Source: a virus
Lineage: Duplodnaviria > Heunggongvirae > Uroviricota > Caudoviricetes
Strand: one strand, 5' to 3'
Virus record (IMG/VR): IMGVR_UViG_3300048838_001248
Location: 1-64,000 of that record
Length of the DNA stretch: 64,000 bases
Made by a program: the position numbers and the translations under genes
Notes under the pieces: generated by a model
What the model was told of the DNA's origin: nothing
Seen by the model: only the letters and a program-made list of their open reading frames with translations
The model's database searches: none
Part shown: piece by piece, positions 1-9,279 of the stretch
Numbering within the stretch: the stretch's first letter is position 1
How the letters are laid out: every line of letters begins with the position of its first letter

Positions 1-324
1 AGATTTGTTTTTGATACTTCATTTACATATGATGTAGATAATAATCTGATTAATCCAGAGTATCAAACCTTGCAACCAAAAAAGAAAAGAAAAAACGCTC
101 CAGTAATTGAAATAAATAAGCCACAAAACCTAATGACCATATACCTTGGTGAAAACAGAACTTTCAATAACGTAGAATTGCTCAAGCAATATGTTAAAAA
201 AAGCAAGAGAGGGATTGTTATTCTTGCTTGCAATGAAGATGTTGAAGATGTTATGTGGTTTACCAATCTCGATGATGCAGCAGACTACTATTTTCAGAAA
301 CAAATTTTTGAATACGAAACATAA
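1..324 (+). CDS. hypothetical protein, 5' partial (frame open from window start)
   Basis: Frame of track ORF 70..324 stays open back to nt 1; Lys-rich stretch. Confidence 0.4.
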   Translation, partial: RFVFDTSFTYDVDNNLINPEYQTLQPKKKRKNAPVIEINKPQNLMTIYLGENRTFNNVELLKQYVKKSKRGIVILACNEDVEDVMWFTNLDDAADYYFQKQIFEYET

Positions 325-326
325 TT

Positions 327-1040
327 ATGGAAACAATAATTGCAATATCAGTAACAGTGCTTATCTTGTCATTCATTATAACAATGATAACACCAATATC
401 TCTTGATTTGTATTTCATGACACTTAACATTGAAAGACATCCGGTCTTAAAAGCAATGGTTGATGATGTTCTGACAAACATATGTAAGGAAGAAGATATT
501 ACTGTTTTACATAAAACTTACGAAGAAATTAATGTGAATATTGAGGATGATAGGGAAAAAGCATTGGGTATGTATGTCTATACGTTGGATGAAGACCACA
601 GAATTAAACTAAAACAAACATATCTTGAGGTAAAAGATTTGGAGCATAAACACGGCATTCCATATAAGGAAATTTGTAAACTTCAAGGTATAGAAACTAC
701 CCATAGTGCGGAAGATTTTGCACTTCCAAAAATTCTGTTGTGTAAAGAAAAACTAATGAAATTCGGATTGAATAGCTATTATAGCACATATTTTCATGAA
801 ATAGGTCATCATTTTGCCATTAAAAACATGGGAAAACATACCGAAGAAGATGCAAATAAATTTGGTCATAAAATTATAGTTGAAAGACTTCCATTATTTT
901 TCCAACTATTTCCCGATTTTAGTTTTAGATATCGTGATGGAGTGCAGGAAGAATTAAAGAATAAAGAAAAAAGAATTGCAATGTTGGGATATTTGAAATA
1001 TTATATAAAGAATTGGAAAACAATTAAAAGGAAAAAATAA
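327..1040 (+). CDS. HExxH zinc metallopeptidase-like protein (ImmA/IrrE-like)
   Basis: 237-aa ORF with HEIGHH motif (YFHEIGHHFAI); tight operon spacing. Confidence 0.4.
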   Translation: METIIAISVTVLILSFIITMITPISLDLYFMTLNIERHPVLKAMVDDVLTNICKEEDITVLHKTYEEINVNIEDDREKALGMYVYTLDEDHRIKLKQTYLEVKDLEHKHGIPYKEICKLQGIETTHSAEDFALPKILLCKEKLMKFGLNSYYSTYFHEIGHHFAIKNMGKHTEEDANKFGHKIIVERLPLFFQLFPDFSFRYRDGVQEELKNKEKRIAMLGYLKYYIKNWKTIKRKK

Positions 1041-1342
1041 TGGCACATAAATTTATAATAAATGATGGCTACCTTATCCTTGGTGATGTTGAATTTCATG
1101 AAGATTTAGTGTGTAAAGGAAGGGATAAAAGCAAAACAGTTGGTGGTGGCAGATGGCACGTAGACAGGGAACGCAACGTTATTTTTTTCTTTGGCAAGAG
1201 TATTGATTTCGGCAAGGTCACACAAAAAGATTTCGATGAAGCATTCAAACAACCAAGTGTTGAAAGGATGGGGGTTTTCTTTAGTGAGAAAGAAAATTTC
1301 GAAGAAGTTTTAATTGAATTTGAGGAAAAAAATAAGTCATAA
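1040..1342 (+). CDS. hypothetical protein
   Basis: TAATG stop-start overlap with upstream ORF. Confidence 0.5.
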   Translation: MAHKFIINDGYLILGDVEFHEDLVCKGRDKSKTVGGGRWHVDRERNVIFFFGKSIDFGKVTQKDFDEAFKQPSVERMGVFFSEKENFEEVLIEFEEKNKS

Positions 1343-1345
1343 TTT

Positions 1346-1376
1346 TTGTAACATTTTTAAACACTTTTCGTATAAT
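1346..1376 (+). promoter_or_regulatory. phage ECF-type promoter
   Basis: TTGTAAC-N16-CGTATAAT. Confidence 0.6.
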
Positions 1377-1394
1377 CAAAAAATAATAATAATT

Positions 1395-1901
1395 ATGAAC
1401 AGACTGGTTGAAATTTTCAAGAAACACAATCCCGGCACTCAAATGAGTGAGGAAGAAACAAGGATTGCAATGAATCTCATGTTATCAAAAGAACAGGAAT
1501 TTCAAACCCCAATCGAAGAACTTGATAAAACCACAGAACTTTACAAGCACTTCAAACCACTTATTGAAGCATTTCAAATGCAGGTCTTTCTTTCAAGACT
1601 CAAACATATGACCAGTCTTAGAATTACATTGGGTGCATTTATAATGATTGCACAACATTTGAATTCTGCTGGTTCTGCGGTAATGCATGTGTTTTATTTA
1701 CATCATAAACTCCCTGCAAACACATTGGTGGATATCAATGTGATATCAATGAAATTGTTTCCTTTTGGATTCTTTTCAGATAAACAACTCAAAGAGATTT
1801 GGGACGAGCAGAAGGTTAGACCGGAAGATGGTCTGGATGATTGCACATGCGTTGGTGCATACGATAATTTAATTGATTACGCTGAACTCTGGAAGCTATG
1901 A
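1395..1901 (+). CDS. hypothetical protein
   Basis: First ATG 19 nt after phage promoter -10 at 1369-1376; track ORF 1314..1901 trimmed. Confidence 0.55.
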   Translation: MNRLVEIFKKHNPGTQMSEEETRIAMNLMLSKEQEFQTPIEELDKTTELYKHFKPLIEAFQMQVFLSRLKHMTSLRITLGAFIMIAQHLNSAGSAVMHVFYLHHKLPANTLVDINVISMKLFPFGFFSDKQLKEIWDEQKVRPEDGLDDCTCVGAYDNLIDYAELWKL

Positions 1902-2170
1902 GACTCAATATACTACTTACACCGGAAATAAGGGCAACACTACCACAATCAGTAGTTATTTTAGTTGATTTTGGAAGAATAGATGTGAGGTTCTCCGCAC
2001 TTGACCCCAAAGAAAATCCAATGATTCTAACTGGTGATAACGTGGTAATTGAAGGGGAACAGGATGATATTGTGAAGTGGTTAAAACCTTTTGATGCAGT
2101 TGCTGTTGGTGTGGGTGGTAGTCCACAATTTGAACAGTTTGAAATCATGCACATAAAAGATGAAATATAA
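1898..2170 (+). CDS. hypothetical protein
   Basis: ATGA overlap with upstream gene. Confidence 0.5.
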   Translation: MRLNILLTPEIRATLPQSVVILVDFGRIDVRFSALDPKENPMILTGDNVVIEGEQDDIVKWLKPFDAVAVGVGGSPQFEQFEIMHIKDEI

Positions 2171-2326
2171 ATGGGAAAACTGAAAAAATATTCTACTTTT
2201 GAGGAACTGAAAGAATCTGAGACTTCTAAAGAGGTTCGTTCTAAGGAAGAACAAGAAAAAATTGAAAAAAGACACGAGGAAGTTTTAGAGTTTTTAAAAG
2301 AACTGAGAAAAAATATAAAAAAATAA
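2171..2326 (+). CDS. small Lys/Glu-rich protein (51 aa)
   Basis: Fills the gap between 2170 and 2330; not in track (<60 aa). Confidence 0.35.
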   Translation: MGKLKKYSTFEELKESETSKEVRSKEEQEKIEKRHEEVLEFLKELRKNIKK

Positions 2327-2329
2327 GTC

Positions 2330-2695
2330 ATGGCAGTCTACGGAATAAATTATGATGAAGGAAATAAGAAAGACTTGGGTTACGAGTCGGTTCAAGTTTC
2401 CTACGGTGAAAATCAGAAAAAGATTTTCAATTCAGGAAACTTTATTAAAGATTGGTTTGACCTTATAAAGTTTATTATAACCGAACTCAGTGAAACCGAA
2501 TTTCATTTCACAGGTTCATCAAGTGTTGACCATTTCTTTATGGATGGTGCTGACTATGATGAAGCATATATTGTAACAGATGAAGCAGGTGTTTCTGAAT
2601 TATGTTACGGTAATTTTGAAGACATGGGTATTAAACTATATGTACCTGCTGGTACAAAACCAACTTGGGTAGAACTTAAAGAAATGTGTAAATGA
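2330..2695 (+). CDS. hypothetical protein
   Basis: 121-aa ORF in operon. Confidence 0.5.
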   Translation: MAVYGINYDEGNKKDLGYESVQVSYGENQKKIFNSGNFIKDWFDLIKFIITELSETEFHFTGSSSVDHFFMDGADYDEAYIVTDEAGVSELCYGNFEDMGIKLYVPAGTKPTWVELKEMCK

Positions 2696-2907
2696 TAGCA
2701 ATAAAAGTAATAATATTTTTTCTCGCAATGTGGTTAACGTTTGCATTTATTGAAGATGTGATTGAGAAAATCATACTGCATAATAAAAAAGATGCCGATG
2801 AACTCGATGTATTATATACGACAGGAATACTTTCAACATTTGACGGCTTTTTATGGATTTGTGTGTTGGTTATTTGGACTGCATTTTATTTTGTAAATCA
2901 ATTATGA
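2692..2907 (+). CDS. small membrane protein
   Basis: Two hydrophobic segments. Confidence 0.45.
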   Translation: MIAIKVIIFFLAMWLTFAFIEDVIEKIILHNKKDADELDVLYTTGILSTFDGFLWICVLVIWTAFYFVNQL

Positions 2908-3353
2908 TGTTTGAACTACTACTCGGACACCTTGTTGGAGACTATCTTCTCCAAAATGAATGGATGGCAATGAATAAATCCAAAAACACTTGGATTGGTT
3001 GGCTATCAGCATTAATTCATTGTGTATTATATACTTTAGCTGTATGTTTATTCATACAGAACTTTGACTTTATTTGGATTGCGGTTGTATTTTTATCACA
3101 CTTTCCAATTGACAAATTCAGTCTGGCTGAAAAGTATATGCATTTCATTAAAGGTAAGGGAATGAAAGACTATGTTTTGAAAGACCTTCGAGATATAGAA
3201 ACTCAGGGATTATTATATCCACCTAAACTACCAAAGCACGTGCTTAATCGTTACGATATGCTTGAGGGTGGATTTACTTCAATTGTTTATACAGTGACAG
3301 ATAATACACTTCATCTGGTTTTAATGTATGTTTCATATAATTTAATTTATTAA
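2904..3353 (+). CDS. DUF3307-like membrane protein
   Basis: Starts MMFELLLGHLVGDYLLQ (HxxGDYxLQ motif); multiple TM helices; trimmed from track 2853..3353. Confidence 0.45.
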   Translation: MMFELLLGHLVGDYLLQNEWMAMNKSKNTWIGWLSALIHCVLYTLAVCLFIQNFDFIWIAVVFLSHFPIDKFSLAEKYMHFIKGKGMKDYVLKDLRDIETQGLLYPPKLPKHVLNRYDMLEGGFTSIVYTVTDNTLHLVLMYVSYNLIY

Positions 3354-3364
3354 AAAATAAAGAT

Positions 3365-3715
3365 ATGCCATTTTTTTTCAGCAGTTTTGACGAAGGGGAT
3401 TTTTATCCCGGAAATGAACCGAAACGTGATACATATTTCATGTACGGAATATTAGTTCCATTTAATAGATATAAAGAATGGGAAGAAGGGACTGGTAGAA
3501 AATTTCCTGTTGGTATATATGGTGATATCTTTTGTTCATTTCGTAGTCGGGATGAAAAATTTCTCATCATTGGCAAGAAAATCAAATTAAATAGTTATAA
3601 TAGTCCAGTACGTGTTCCTGAATTAAATGAGGTTGAACAGAAGGAAGTTGAATCCTCAGTAGAAGAAAAGTTTGGATTTAAAGGAGATTTTCATTATTAT
3701 TTTATAACAGAATAA
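3365..3715 (+). CDS. hypothetical protein
   Basis: 116-aa ORF. Confidence 0.5.
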   Translation: MPFFFSSFDEGDFYPGNEPKRDTYFMYGILVPFNRYKEWEEGTGRKFPVGIYGDIFCSFRSRDEKFLIIGKKIKLNSYNSPVRVPELNEVEQKEVESSVEEKFGFKGDFHYYFITE

Positions 3716-3716
3716 A

Positions 3717-4526
3717 ATGAGAAAAGAAAACAATAAATTGGGACATCAAGCACCAAAACGTTGGAGATATAATCGTTATTTTAACTATATTGTGATTAGA
3801 GGTGACTATCATTATTGTCAAAGTCATAACTTTGTTTATAATTGTGTTGAAGAAGAACGTAAACTCTATAATGGGGAAGCATGTTACTATACTGATGGAA
3901 GATATTTAGATAGTAAACACAACTACTATAAAGACTGTTATCTCTATTGGACACGTTCAAGATGGAATAAAGATATTAGTTTAAAATCTTGCATTCGTAG
4001 AACACTGAAATGTAGAAACATTCCGGTTGGAACTATTGTGGATTTCACTCATGACTGGTATTTTGCTGGCAAAAAAATTGATATGAGTTATCGATTTAAA
4101 ATAAGAAAAGAAAATAATTTCGACCCTAAATATGAAATTAATCTCATAAAATATACAAGGAATTTTGACAATGACCAATGGGCGCAGGAACTTACGGAAG
4201 AACTTCGTGCGAACGGATTTATTGTTGGTGTGAGTCAGGGCAATACAAACTTTTTATCCAACATGATAAGTACTGCTGCTGCATACACCGGAAAATTTAT
4301 TGAAGCCAGTGAGGAAGAAGGACAGACTGCCATTGCTTATGGTCACGGAATGAAGATTGGTTTCAGTTCAGGAAGAAATAATTTCATGGGATATTCTTGT
4401 GGTTGTGATAGCGTGTTGTTCGATTACTTTGAAGAATTTGATAAATGGAGCAGGTGTAATGAAATCAGTAAAGACCTTTCACCAAAAGAAATTGTTCAAG
4501 AACTACTAAAACCAAGGGAAGAATGA
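3717..4526 (+). CDS. hypothetical Cys/Tyr-rich protein
   Basis: 269-aa ORF. Confidence 0.5.
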   Translation: MRKENNKLGHQAPKRWRYNRYFNYIVIRGDYHYCQSHNFVYNCVEEERKLYNGEACYYTDGRYLDSKHNYYKDCYLYWTRSRWNKDISLKSCIRRTLKCRNIPVGTIVDFTHDWYFAGKKIDMSYRFKIRKENNFDPKYEINLIKYTRNFDNDQWAQELTEELRANGFIVGVSQGNTNFLSNMISTAAAYTGKFIEASEEEGQTAIAYGHGMKIGFSSGRNNFMGYSCGCDSVLFDYFEEFDKWSRCNEISKDLSPKEIVQELLKPREE

Positions 4527-5077
4527 AAATACCGAGAACCGAAATACAATTCTATCGTTACGAAGCACGTGAATATAGTGCTGGGACTGATGAATTTGGA
4601 GACCCAATACATAAAATTGTACCAGACCCAAAGGTAAGTCTTATGACTTTTAATCTACATAAAGAAACTCCAAAAGGATATTGGATTGGGCATGGGTTTC
4701 ATTGTCCTGATAATTTACGTGCTAATGCAAGATGGGTTAGTAAAACTGGTAGAAAACGATACGCCTATCCAACCAAGGAAGAGGCACTTGAGAGTTTTAT
4801 TAAACGCAAGGAAAAACAGGTAAAGATATTGAAACATCAAACATGGTCAGCAGAAATTGCGTTAAAATTAGCACAAGAACTAAAAATAAAACACGAAAAA
4901 TTTAAACCCAGAGATAAAGTAAATCTCCCATTTAATGAAGAAGGTGAGGTTGTTGAATATCTTGATTTATTGTGGGGAAGTCGCTATAATGTCAGAATCA
5001 CAAAATCCAACGGATTTAATGATGTTGGAGAAGTTGTGGATTTTTTTGAAAAAGATTTGGAATTAATAAACAATTGA
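4523..5077 (+). CDS. hypothetical protein
   Basis: 184-aa ORF, ATGA overlap. Confidence 0.5.
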   Translation: MKIPRTEIQFYRYEAREYSAGTDEFGDPIHKIVPDPKVSLMTFNLHKETPKGYWIGHGFHCPDNLRANARWVSKTGRKRYAYPTKEEALESFIKRKEKQVKILKHQTWSAEIALKLAQELKIKHEKFKPRDKVNLPFNEEGEVVEYLDLLWGSRYNVRITKSNGFNDVGEVVDFFEKDLELINN

Positions 5078-5085
5078 CTACATTT
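5055..5085 (+). promoter_or_regulatory. host-type Bacteroidota sigma-A promoter
   Basis: TTTG-N19-TACATTTG before the small membrane protein / SPFH operon. Confidence 0.5.
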
Positions 5086-5113
5086 GCACGAATATTAATT
5101 TAAATTAAATAAT

Positions 5114-5281
5114 ATGATTATTCAAATCGTTTTTTATCTTTTGGTCTTCTTAGTATTCATTTACTATGTGACTGTTGCTATTCACCTATTGGGAACGCAG
5201 GTTTTTCAATCCGCAGACATTTCAATAGGTCGTGCTCTCATTCCCTTTTACTATTGGTTTAAAAAGGAAGTAATTAAGTAA
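5114..5281 (+). CDS. small membrane protein (possible NfeD-like partner of SPFH protein)
   Basis: 55-aa hydrophobic ORF directly after host-type promoter, upstream of SPFH gene. Confidence 0.4.
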   Translation: MIIQIVFYLLVFLVFIYYVTVAIHLLGTQVFQSADISIGRALIPFYYWFKKEVIK

Positions 5282-5375
5282 TTTATTAACAAACAATTTT
5301 ATTAACAATTAAAAACAAATTTTTATAAAAAACAAGAAAATTTTTGCAATTGCATTTGGTGTTCTCGCCATTATC

Positions 5376-6515
5376 ATGTTAATCATGATGGGTAGTATTT
5401 TGGAAACAAACAGAGCAGGTTATTTCCAGATTAAACAGGCTGCTATTACTGGTAAGATGAGTGTAAGGTTCAATCCCGGTACTTATTTCCAGAATTTCGG
5501 CACAATCAGCGACTATAAAAACGTAGCAACTGTTGGTATCGGTGAACATCACATTGGTGAAGGTACTGCTGATATTGAAGCTGTTGATGTAATTTTTAAT
5601 GATGGTTCTAAAGCCAAGATTTCAGGACTTATTCGAATAAAATTACCATATAGCGTTGAAGGTGCTCTTAATTTGAAAAACGAATATTCTCAGGGTTTTG
5701 AACATTTTATTCAATCTGGTGTCGTACCTATTGTAAACAATGCCATTAAACTCTCAGCGAACCTACGTAGTGCACAGGATGCATATACCACACTGGCTCT
5801 TTTCCAACAGGCAGTTGAAGACCAATTAAAACATGGTATATATGTAACGAAGTCCGATAAAGTAGAAAAAACCACATCCACTGGTGATACTGAAGAACAG
5901 CGTGTAACTGTACTTGTTTACGGTGATGACGGTCAACCACTGAGAACACCAAATAGACTTCAACAGTTGGGTTGTGAAGTACTTGAATGTGTTATTGATG
6001 TCCCACAATTTGATTCTAAGGTTGAAGAAATGATTTCACTCCGCAAAGATGAAGCCATGAAAACCGAACTTGCCAAGCAGTCAGCAATCCGTGCAAAACA
6101 GGATGCTCTTACCGCAGAACAGCAGGGTTTGGCAAACGTAGCAACCGCTAAATACAAACAAGAAGTTGTTAAGGTTGAAGCTGTGACTATCGCTCAGAAA
6201 GAATATGAAGTAGCTGCACTCGCTGCTAAGAAAGAAGAAGAAAATAAGAAAGCCACAATCTTCAAAGGTCAGGCAGAAGCCGAAGCAAACCGTTTAAAGG
6301 TTGCAGCAGGTCTTTCTCCACAGGAAGCTGCCGAATGGCATTATAAAACAACCGTTGGTGTTGCAGCAGAAATGGCAAAAGCACAGCCAAACGCATTTGT
6401 ACCACAAATAATGATTGGTGGTAGTGGTTCTGGCGCAAACAATAATGCAATGGAAGCTGTTGGTTTAAAAATGATGCTCGATGTTGTGAATCAACTTGAG
6501 ACTAAAAAGAAATAG
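5376..6515 (+). CDS. SPFH/band-7 (flotillin/stomatin-like) protein
   Basis: SPFH-like core then long Ala/Glu/Lys/Gln coiled region (AKQSAIRAKQDALTAEQQ...). A hydrophobic in-frame extension from about 5313 lacks an ATG. Confidence 0.65.
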   Translation: MLIMMGSILETNRAGYFQIKQAAITGKMSVRFNPGTYFQNFGTISDYKNVATVGIGEHHIGEGTADIEAVDVIFNDGSKAKISGLIRIKLPYSVEGALNLKNEYSQGFEHFIQSGVVPIVNNAIKLSANLRSAQDAYTTLALFQQAVEDQLKHGIYVTKSDKVEKTTSTGDTEEQRVTVLVYGDDGQPLRTPNRLQQLGCEVLECVIDVPQFDSKVEEMISLRKDEAMKTELAKQSAIRAKQDALTAEQQGLANVATAKYKQEVVKVEAVTIAQKEYEVAALAAKKEEENKKATIFKGQAEAEANRLKVAAGLSPQEAAEWHYKTTVGVAAEMAKAQPNAFVPQIMIGGSGSGANNNAMEAVGLKMMLDVVNQLETKKK

Positions 6516-6517
6516 TC

Positions 6518-6697
6518 ATGAAAGAACTCTGGAGTATCCTAATGGAAAAACTCAGATTGGTTGAACCAATTGAAGCATTAGTTGCAATAGGTATTATGGG
6601 TTTGTTCACAATAGGAATGATAACCATTGTTTCCAGTAAGTTATTCACAATGATAACCGAAATAGTGTTAGCCTTTGCAGGACAACCACTCAAATAA
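6518..6697 (+). CDS. small membrane protein (59 aa)
   Basis: Hydrophobic; followed by terminator. Confidence 0.4.
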   Translation: MKELWSILMEKLRLVEPIEALVAIGIMGLFTIGMITIVSSKLFTMITEIVLAFAGQPLK

Positions 6698-6702
6698 TTA
6701 AA

Positions 6703-6728
6703 GGGGGAAAATTTATTCCCCCTTTTTT
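6703..6728 (+). terminator. intrinsic terminator
   Basis: GGGGGAAAATTTATTCCCCC then T6. Confidence 0.6.
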
Positions 6729-6739
6729 AAACTTATCAT

Positions 6740-6889
6740 TATGAAAGATAAGAAAAAATCTAAAAACAAGAAAAAAAAGAAGTCGAAAGACAAGAAGAAA
6801 CACTCCGGTGTTATGTGTGAACCAATTGTAAAACAAGAATCGTTCACAGCAAGTCTCTGGAGAAAATTTCAGATTTGGTTAAGGACATA
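6740..6889 (+). CDS. small lysine-rich protein (49 aa)
   Basis: Sits between two intrinsic terminators. Confidence 0.3.
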
Positions 6890-6897
6890 AAATTAAA

Positions 6898-6922
6898 CCC
6901 GAAGAAATTCGGGTTTTTTTTT
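6898..6922 (+). terminator. intrinsic terminator
   Basis: CCCGAAGAAATTCGGG then T9. Confidence 0.6.
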
Positions 6923-6929
6923 ATAAGTA

Positions 6930-6960
6930 TTTGTATTTAAATTTAAAAATATTATATTTG
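6930..6960 (+). promoter_or_regulatory. host-type Bacteroidota sigma-A promoter
   Basis: TTTG-N19-TATATTTG, 18 nt before ATG 6979. Confidence 0.5.
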
Positions 6961-6978
6961 TTATCTAAATTTATAATT

Positions 6979-7179
6979 ATGGAAGCAGTAAAAGTATTCT
7001 CACCTATCGAAGACAAAGAAATTCGTAAAAACCTCAATGATTCACCAATTTGGAAACAAGCATATCATGAAGAAGAACTATCCCGTGTTGATAAAAAATA
7101 TGCCACGATGTTTGAATATACCATTAAGTTTGAGGGTTTAAAACCTGTCATGGTTAATGGCGTTAAAAAAATTAAATAA
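6979..7179 (+). CDS. hypothetical protein
   Basis: ATG 18 nt after host-type -7 box; track ORF trimmed. Confidence 0.45.
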   Translation: MEAVKVFSPIEDKEIRKNLNDSPIWKQAYHEEELSRVDKKYATMFEYTIKFEGLKPVMVNGVKKIK

Positions 7180-7181
7180 TC

Positions 7182-7394
7182 ATGTGTTACAGTGGTAAAT
7201 GTAGATGGGAAGGTTTCATGGGAGATTGTAACTTCCCAAACATTAAAGCAGTGAGGGATAAGTATCGGTTTCCGGTTTGTGAAATTGGTGATGAAAATGA
7301 GGAAGAACAGCAAAGAACACAAGAAGCGATTGCAGACATAATTGACATTTTAGCAAATGAAAGCCTACGGACTTCGCAGCAAACTAAGGATTAA
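7182..7394 (+). CDS. hypothetical Cys-containing protein
   Basis: 70-aa ORF. Confidence 0.45.
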   Translation: MCYSGKCRWEGFMGDCNFPNIKAVRDKYRFPVCEIGDENEEEQQRTQEAIADIIDILANESLRTSQQTKD

Positions 7395-7515
7395 TTTACC
7401 GGATAATCATCCAAAGAAAGGTTGGATTAACTGGTGGGAAGCTGAATGGCATACGGTTAAGAGTAAGAAATCTGCAAGACAACAAGCAAAGAAAATAATA
7501 AAAAAGTCTATAAAT

Positions 7516-7546
7516 TTGTAACATATTTCTATTTGTATCGTATAAT
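7516..7546 (+). promoter_or_regulatory. phage ECF-type promoter
   Basis: TTGTAAC-N16-CGTATAAT. Confidence 0.6.
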
Positions 7547-7564
7547 GTAGAAAAACAGAAACAA

Positions 7565-7990
7565 ATGAGAATGTGGGGGATAAATCCTAAGTTACTTTGT
7601 CGGCAACACTTGCTTGGTGAACACAATGAAATTCACAAACACAGGCATAATTTCGTAAAGCATCATAGCATTGCCAAACGTATCGCTCCTGTTGTTCAAA
7701 TTGAACCAGAAAATATGATGGCAAGACATGATGCACTTGTTGAAGAAATGCTTGCACGTGGATATAATCACAATTCTCCGTATGAACAACCCGACCTTTC
7801 TCATTTATCACATGATGAGAGATATGCGGAAATCGATATTTATCTTTCAATTGCCGATTTAATAAATCGTTGCCCCGAATGTAGTAAAAGAATATCGGAT
7901 GTTATCGCTGAAACTGGTAAGGAAACTTTAAAAGAAATGATATGTATATTAGAATCGGAAGGTATATATACTATGACGACCCCAACATGA
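7565..7990 (+). CDS. pyrimidine-dimer DNA glycosylase (T4 endonuclease V / DenV-like)
   Basis: N-terminus MRMWGINPKLLCRQHLLGEHNEI resembles endoV MTRINLTLV..DQHLMAEYRE; later EEMLARGYNH. Promoter at 7516-7546. Confidence 0.5.
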   Translation: MRMWGINPKLLCRQHLLGEHNEIHKHRHNFVKHHSIAKRIAPVVQIEPENMMARHDALVEEMLARGYNHNSPYEQPDLSHLSHDERYAEIDIYLSIADLINRCPECSKRISDVIAETGKETLKEMICILESEGIYTMTTPT

Positions 7991-8080
7991 TTGGTGGTGA
8001 GATGAACTTGTGTGGTGAGGTTGTTATGGGTATTGATGGCGAATATATTCAATGGTTTGCATGAAAATATCTATAAAAAT

Positions 8081-8111
8081 TTGTAACATTTTTATTTAGT
8101 TTCCGTATAAT
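8081..8111 (+). promoter_or_regulatory. phage ECF-type promoter
   Basis: TTGTAAC-N16-CGTATAAT. Confidence 0.6.
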
Positions 8112-8127
8112 AAAAAAACGATAAACA

Positions 8128-8613
8128 ATGAAAAGCGAAAAATTAAATGATTTTAAAGAAGTTCTGAGGAACGGAATGATTGCAAATTTTGAAAAAGACG
8201 GATATGTTGCCCCTATTGTCTTCTTTTTTAAAGACGATAGACCAATTATGAGTGTAGTACCTCCTGAATATATATCAACACCTGAAGGAAAAGCAATGCT
8301 TGCTCAAATGATTAAGAGTTTTTGTGCCCAACCAAATGTTCTTGCTGCAGGTCTTATTATTGAAGCCAATGGTGCAAGAATGGATGCAGATAGTGAAATG
8401 ACAAAACTCGTTTTAAACGGCAGCGTTAAAATATCTGAACTTAAAGACAAAATTGATATTATTGTTATGATATTCAGCACACCTGAAAGCGAAGAATTAA
8501 TTGCATATGAGGTTGATTGTGAAAATTTTAAGGTTGGTGAAAAATTTAGTGATGAAGCAGCAAAAGCAATGGGTAGCACATTTTCTAATTTCTTTAATTG
8601 GAGTAAAAATTAA
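8128..8613 (+). CDS. hypothetical protein
   Basis: Promoter at 8081-8111. Confidence 0.5.
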   Translation: MKSEKLNDFKEVLRNGMIANFEKDGYVAPIVFFFKDDRPIMSVVPPEYISTPEGKAMLAQMIKSFCAQPNVLAAGLIIEANGARMDADSEMTKLVLNGSVKISELKDKIDIIVMIFSTPESEELIAYEVDCENFKVGEKFSDEAAKAMGSTFSNFFNWSKN

Positions 8614-8954
8614 TGCAAAACGAAACCATCATACAATTTTTTGACAGACTTAATCTTTTTATGAAAGGAAAATTAAGAAATGAGTGGATTGTTGTTGATG
8701 GTTTCAAAATGTATGTGAGGAAATCCAAAAGATTTTACGACAATAAATTCGTTGACTGTCTCGATATCGCTTCAATGGAAGCTGAAGTACAGGGAACTGG
8801 AATTTTTACAAAAATATTGACGAAAATATTATCTGACTATCCCAAAACAAACATTTTTGTTGAATCAATACTTAATCCAAGATTAAAACCATTTTTAGAA
8901 AAATTTGGATTTATTGAATATAGAACCGATGACATGATTTTAATTAGAAACTAA
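8613..8954 (+). CDS. hypothetical protein (possible GNAT fold)
   Basis: VQGTGIFTKIL resembles GNAT motif A; weak. Confidence 0.35.
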   Translation: MQNETIIQFFDRLNLFMKGKLRNEWIVVDGFKMYVRKSKRFYDNKFVDCLDIASMEAEVQGTGIFTKILTKILSDYPKTNIFVESILNPRLKPFLEKFGFIEYRTDDMILIRN

Positions 8955-8955
8955 C

Positions 8956-9279
8956 ATGGGAAATTTTTTTAAAACGGATAGTGAGAGGGAACTCTGGATT
9001 AAATTAAATGCGGAGCATATTCAATATGGTGAAAAGGTTATAAATAATATGGATAAAGAACTTGGAGATGTTGATAAACCATATTCACCAATGTGGGTTT
9101 CTAAGAACCAATTGGAATATGATGAAGCAAATAAGGATGCACCACGTTTTAGTCTTGAAGAACTCCTAACCGAATCACCAATGGAATTGGTTAGACTCAC
9201 ACGTGAGAGGAATAAAGATACTATTAAGAAACTATTTGAAGGCTTTAAATTAATAAATCCATTAGATAATGACTATTAG
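8956..9279 (+). CDS. hypothetical protein
   Basis: 107-aa ORF. Confidence 0.5.
   Translation: MGNFFKTDSERELWIKLNAEHIQYGEKVINNMDKELGDVDKPYSPMWVSKNQLEYDEANKDAPRFSLEELLTESPMELVRLTRERNKDTIKKLFEGFKLINPLDNDY

Noticed and set aside
191-481. Overlapping alternative-frame ORFs 191..406 (+) and 260..481 (-)
   Set aside because: Nested in the better-supported genes 1..324 and 327..1040. Low-complexity composition.
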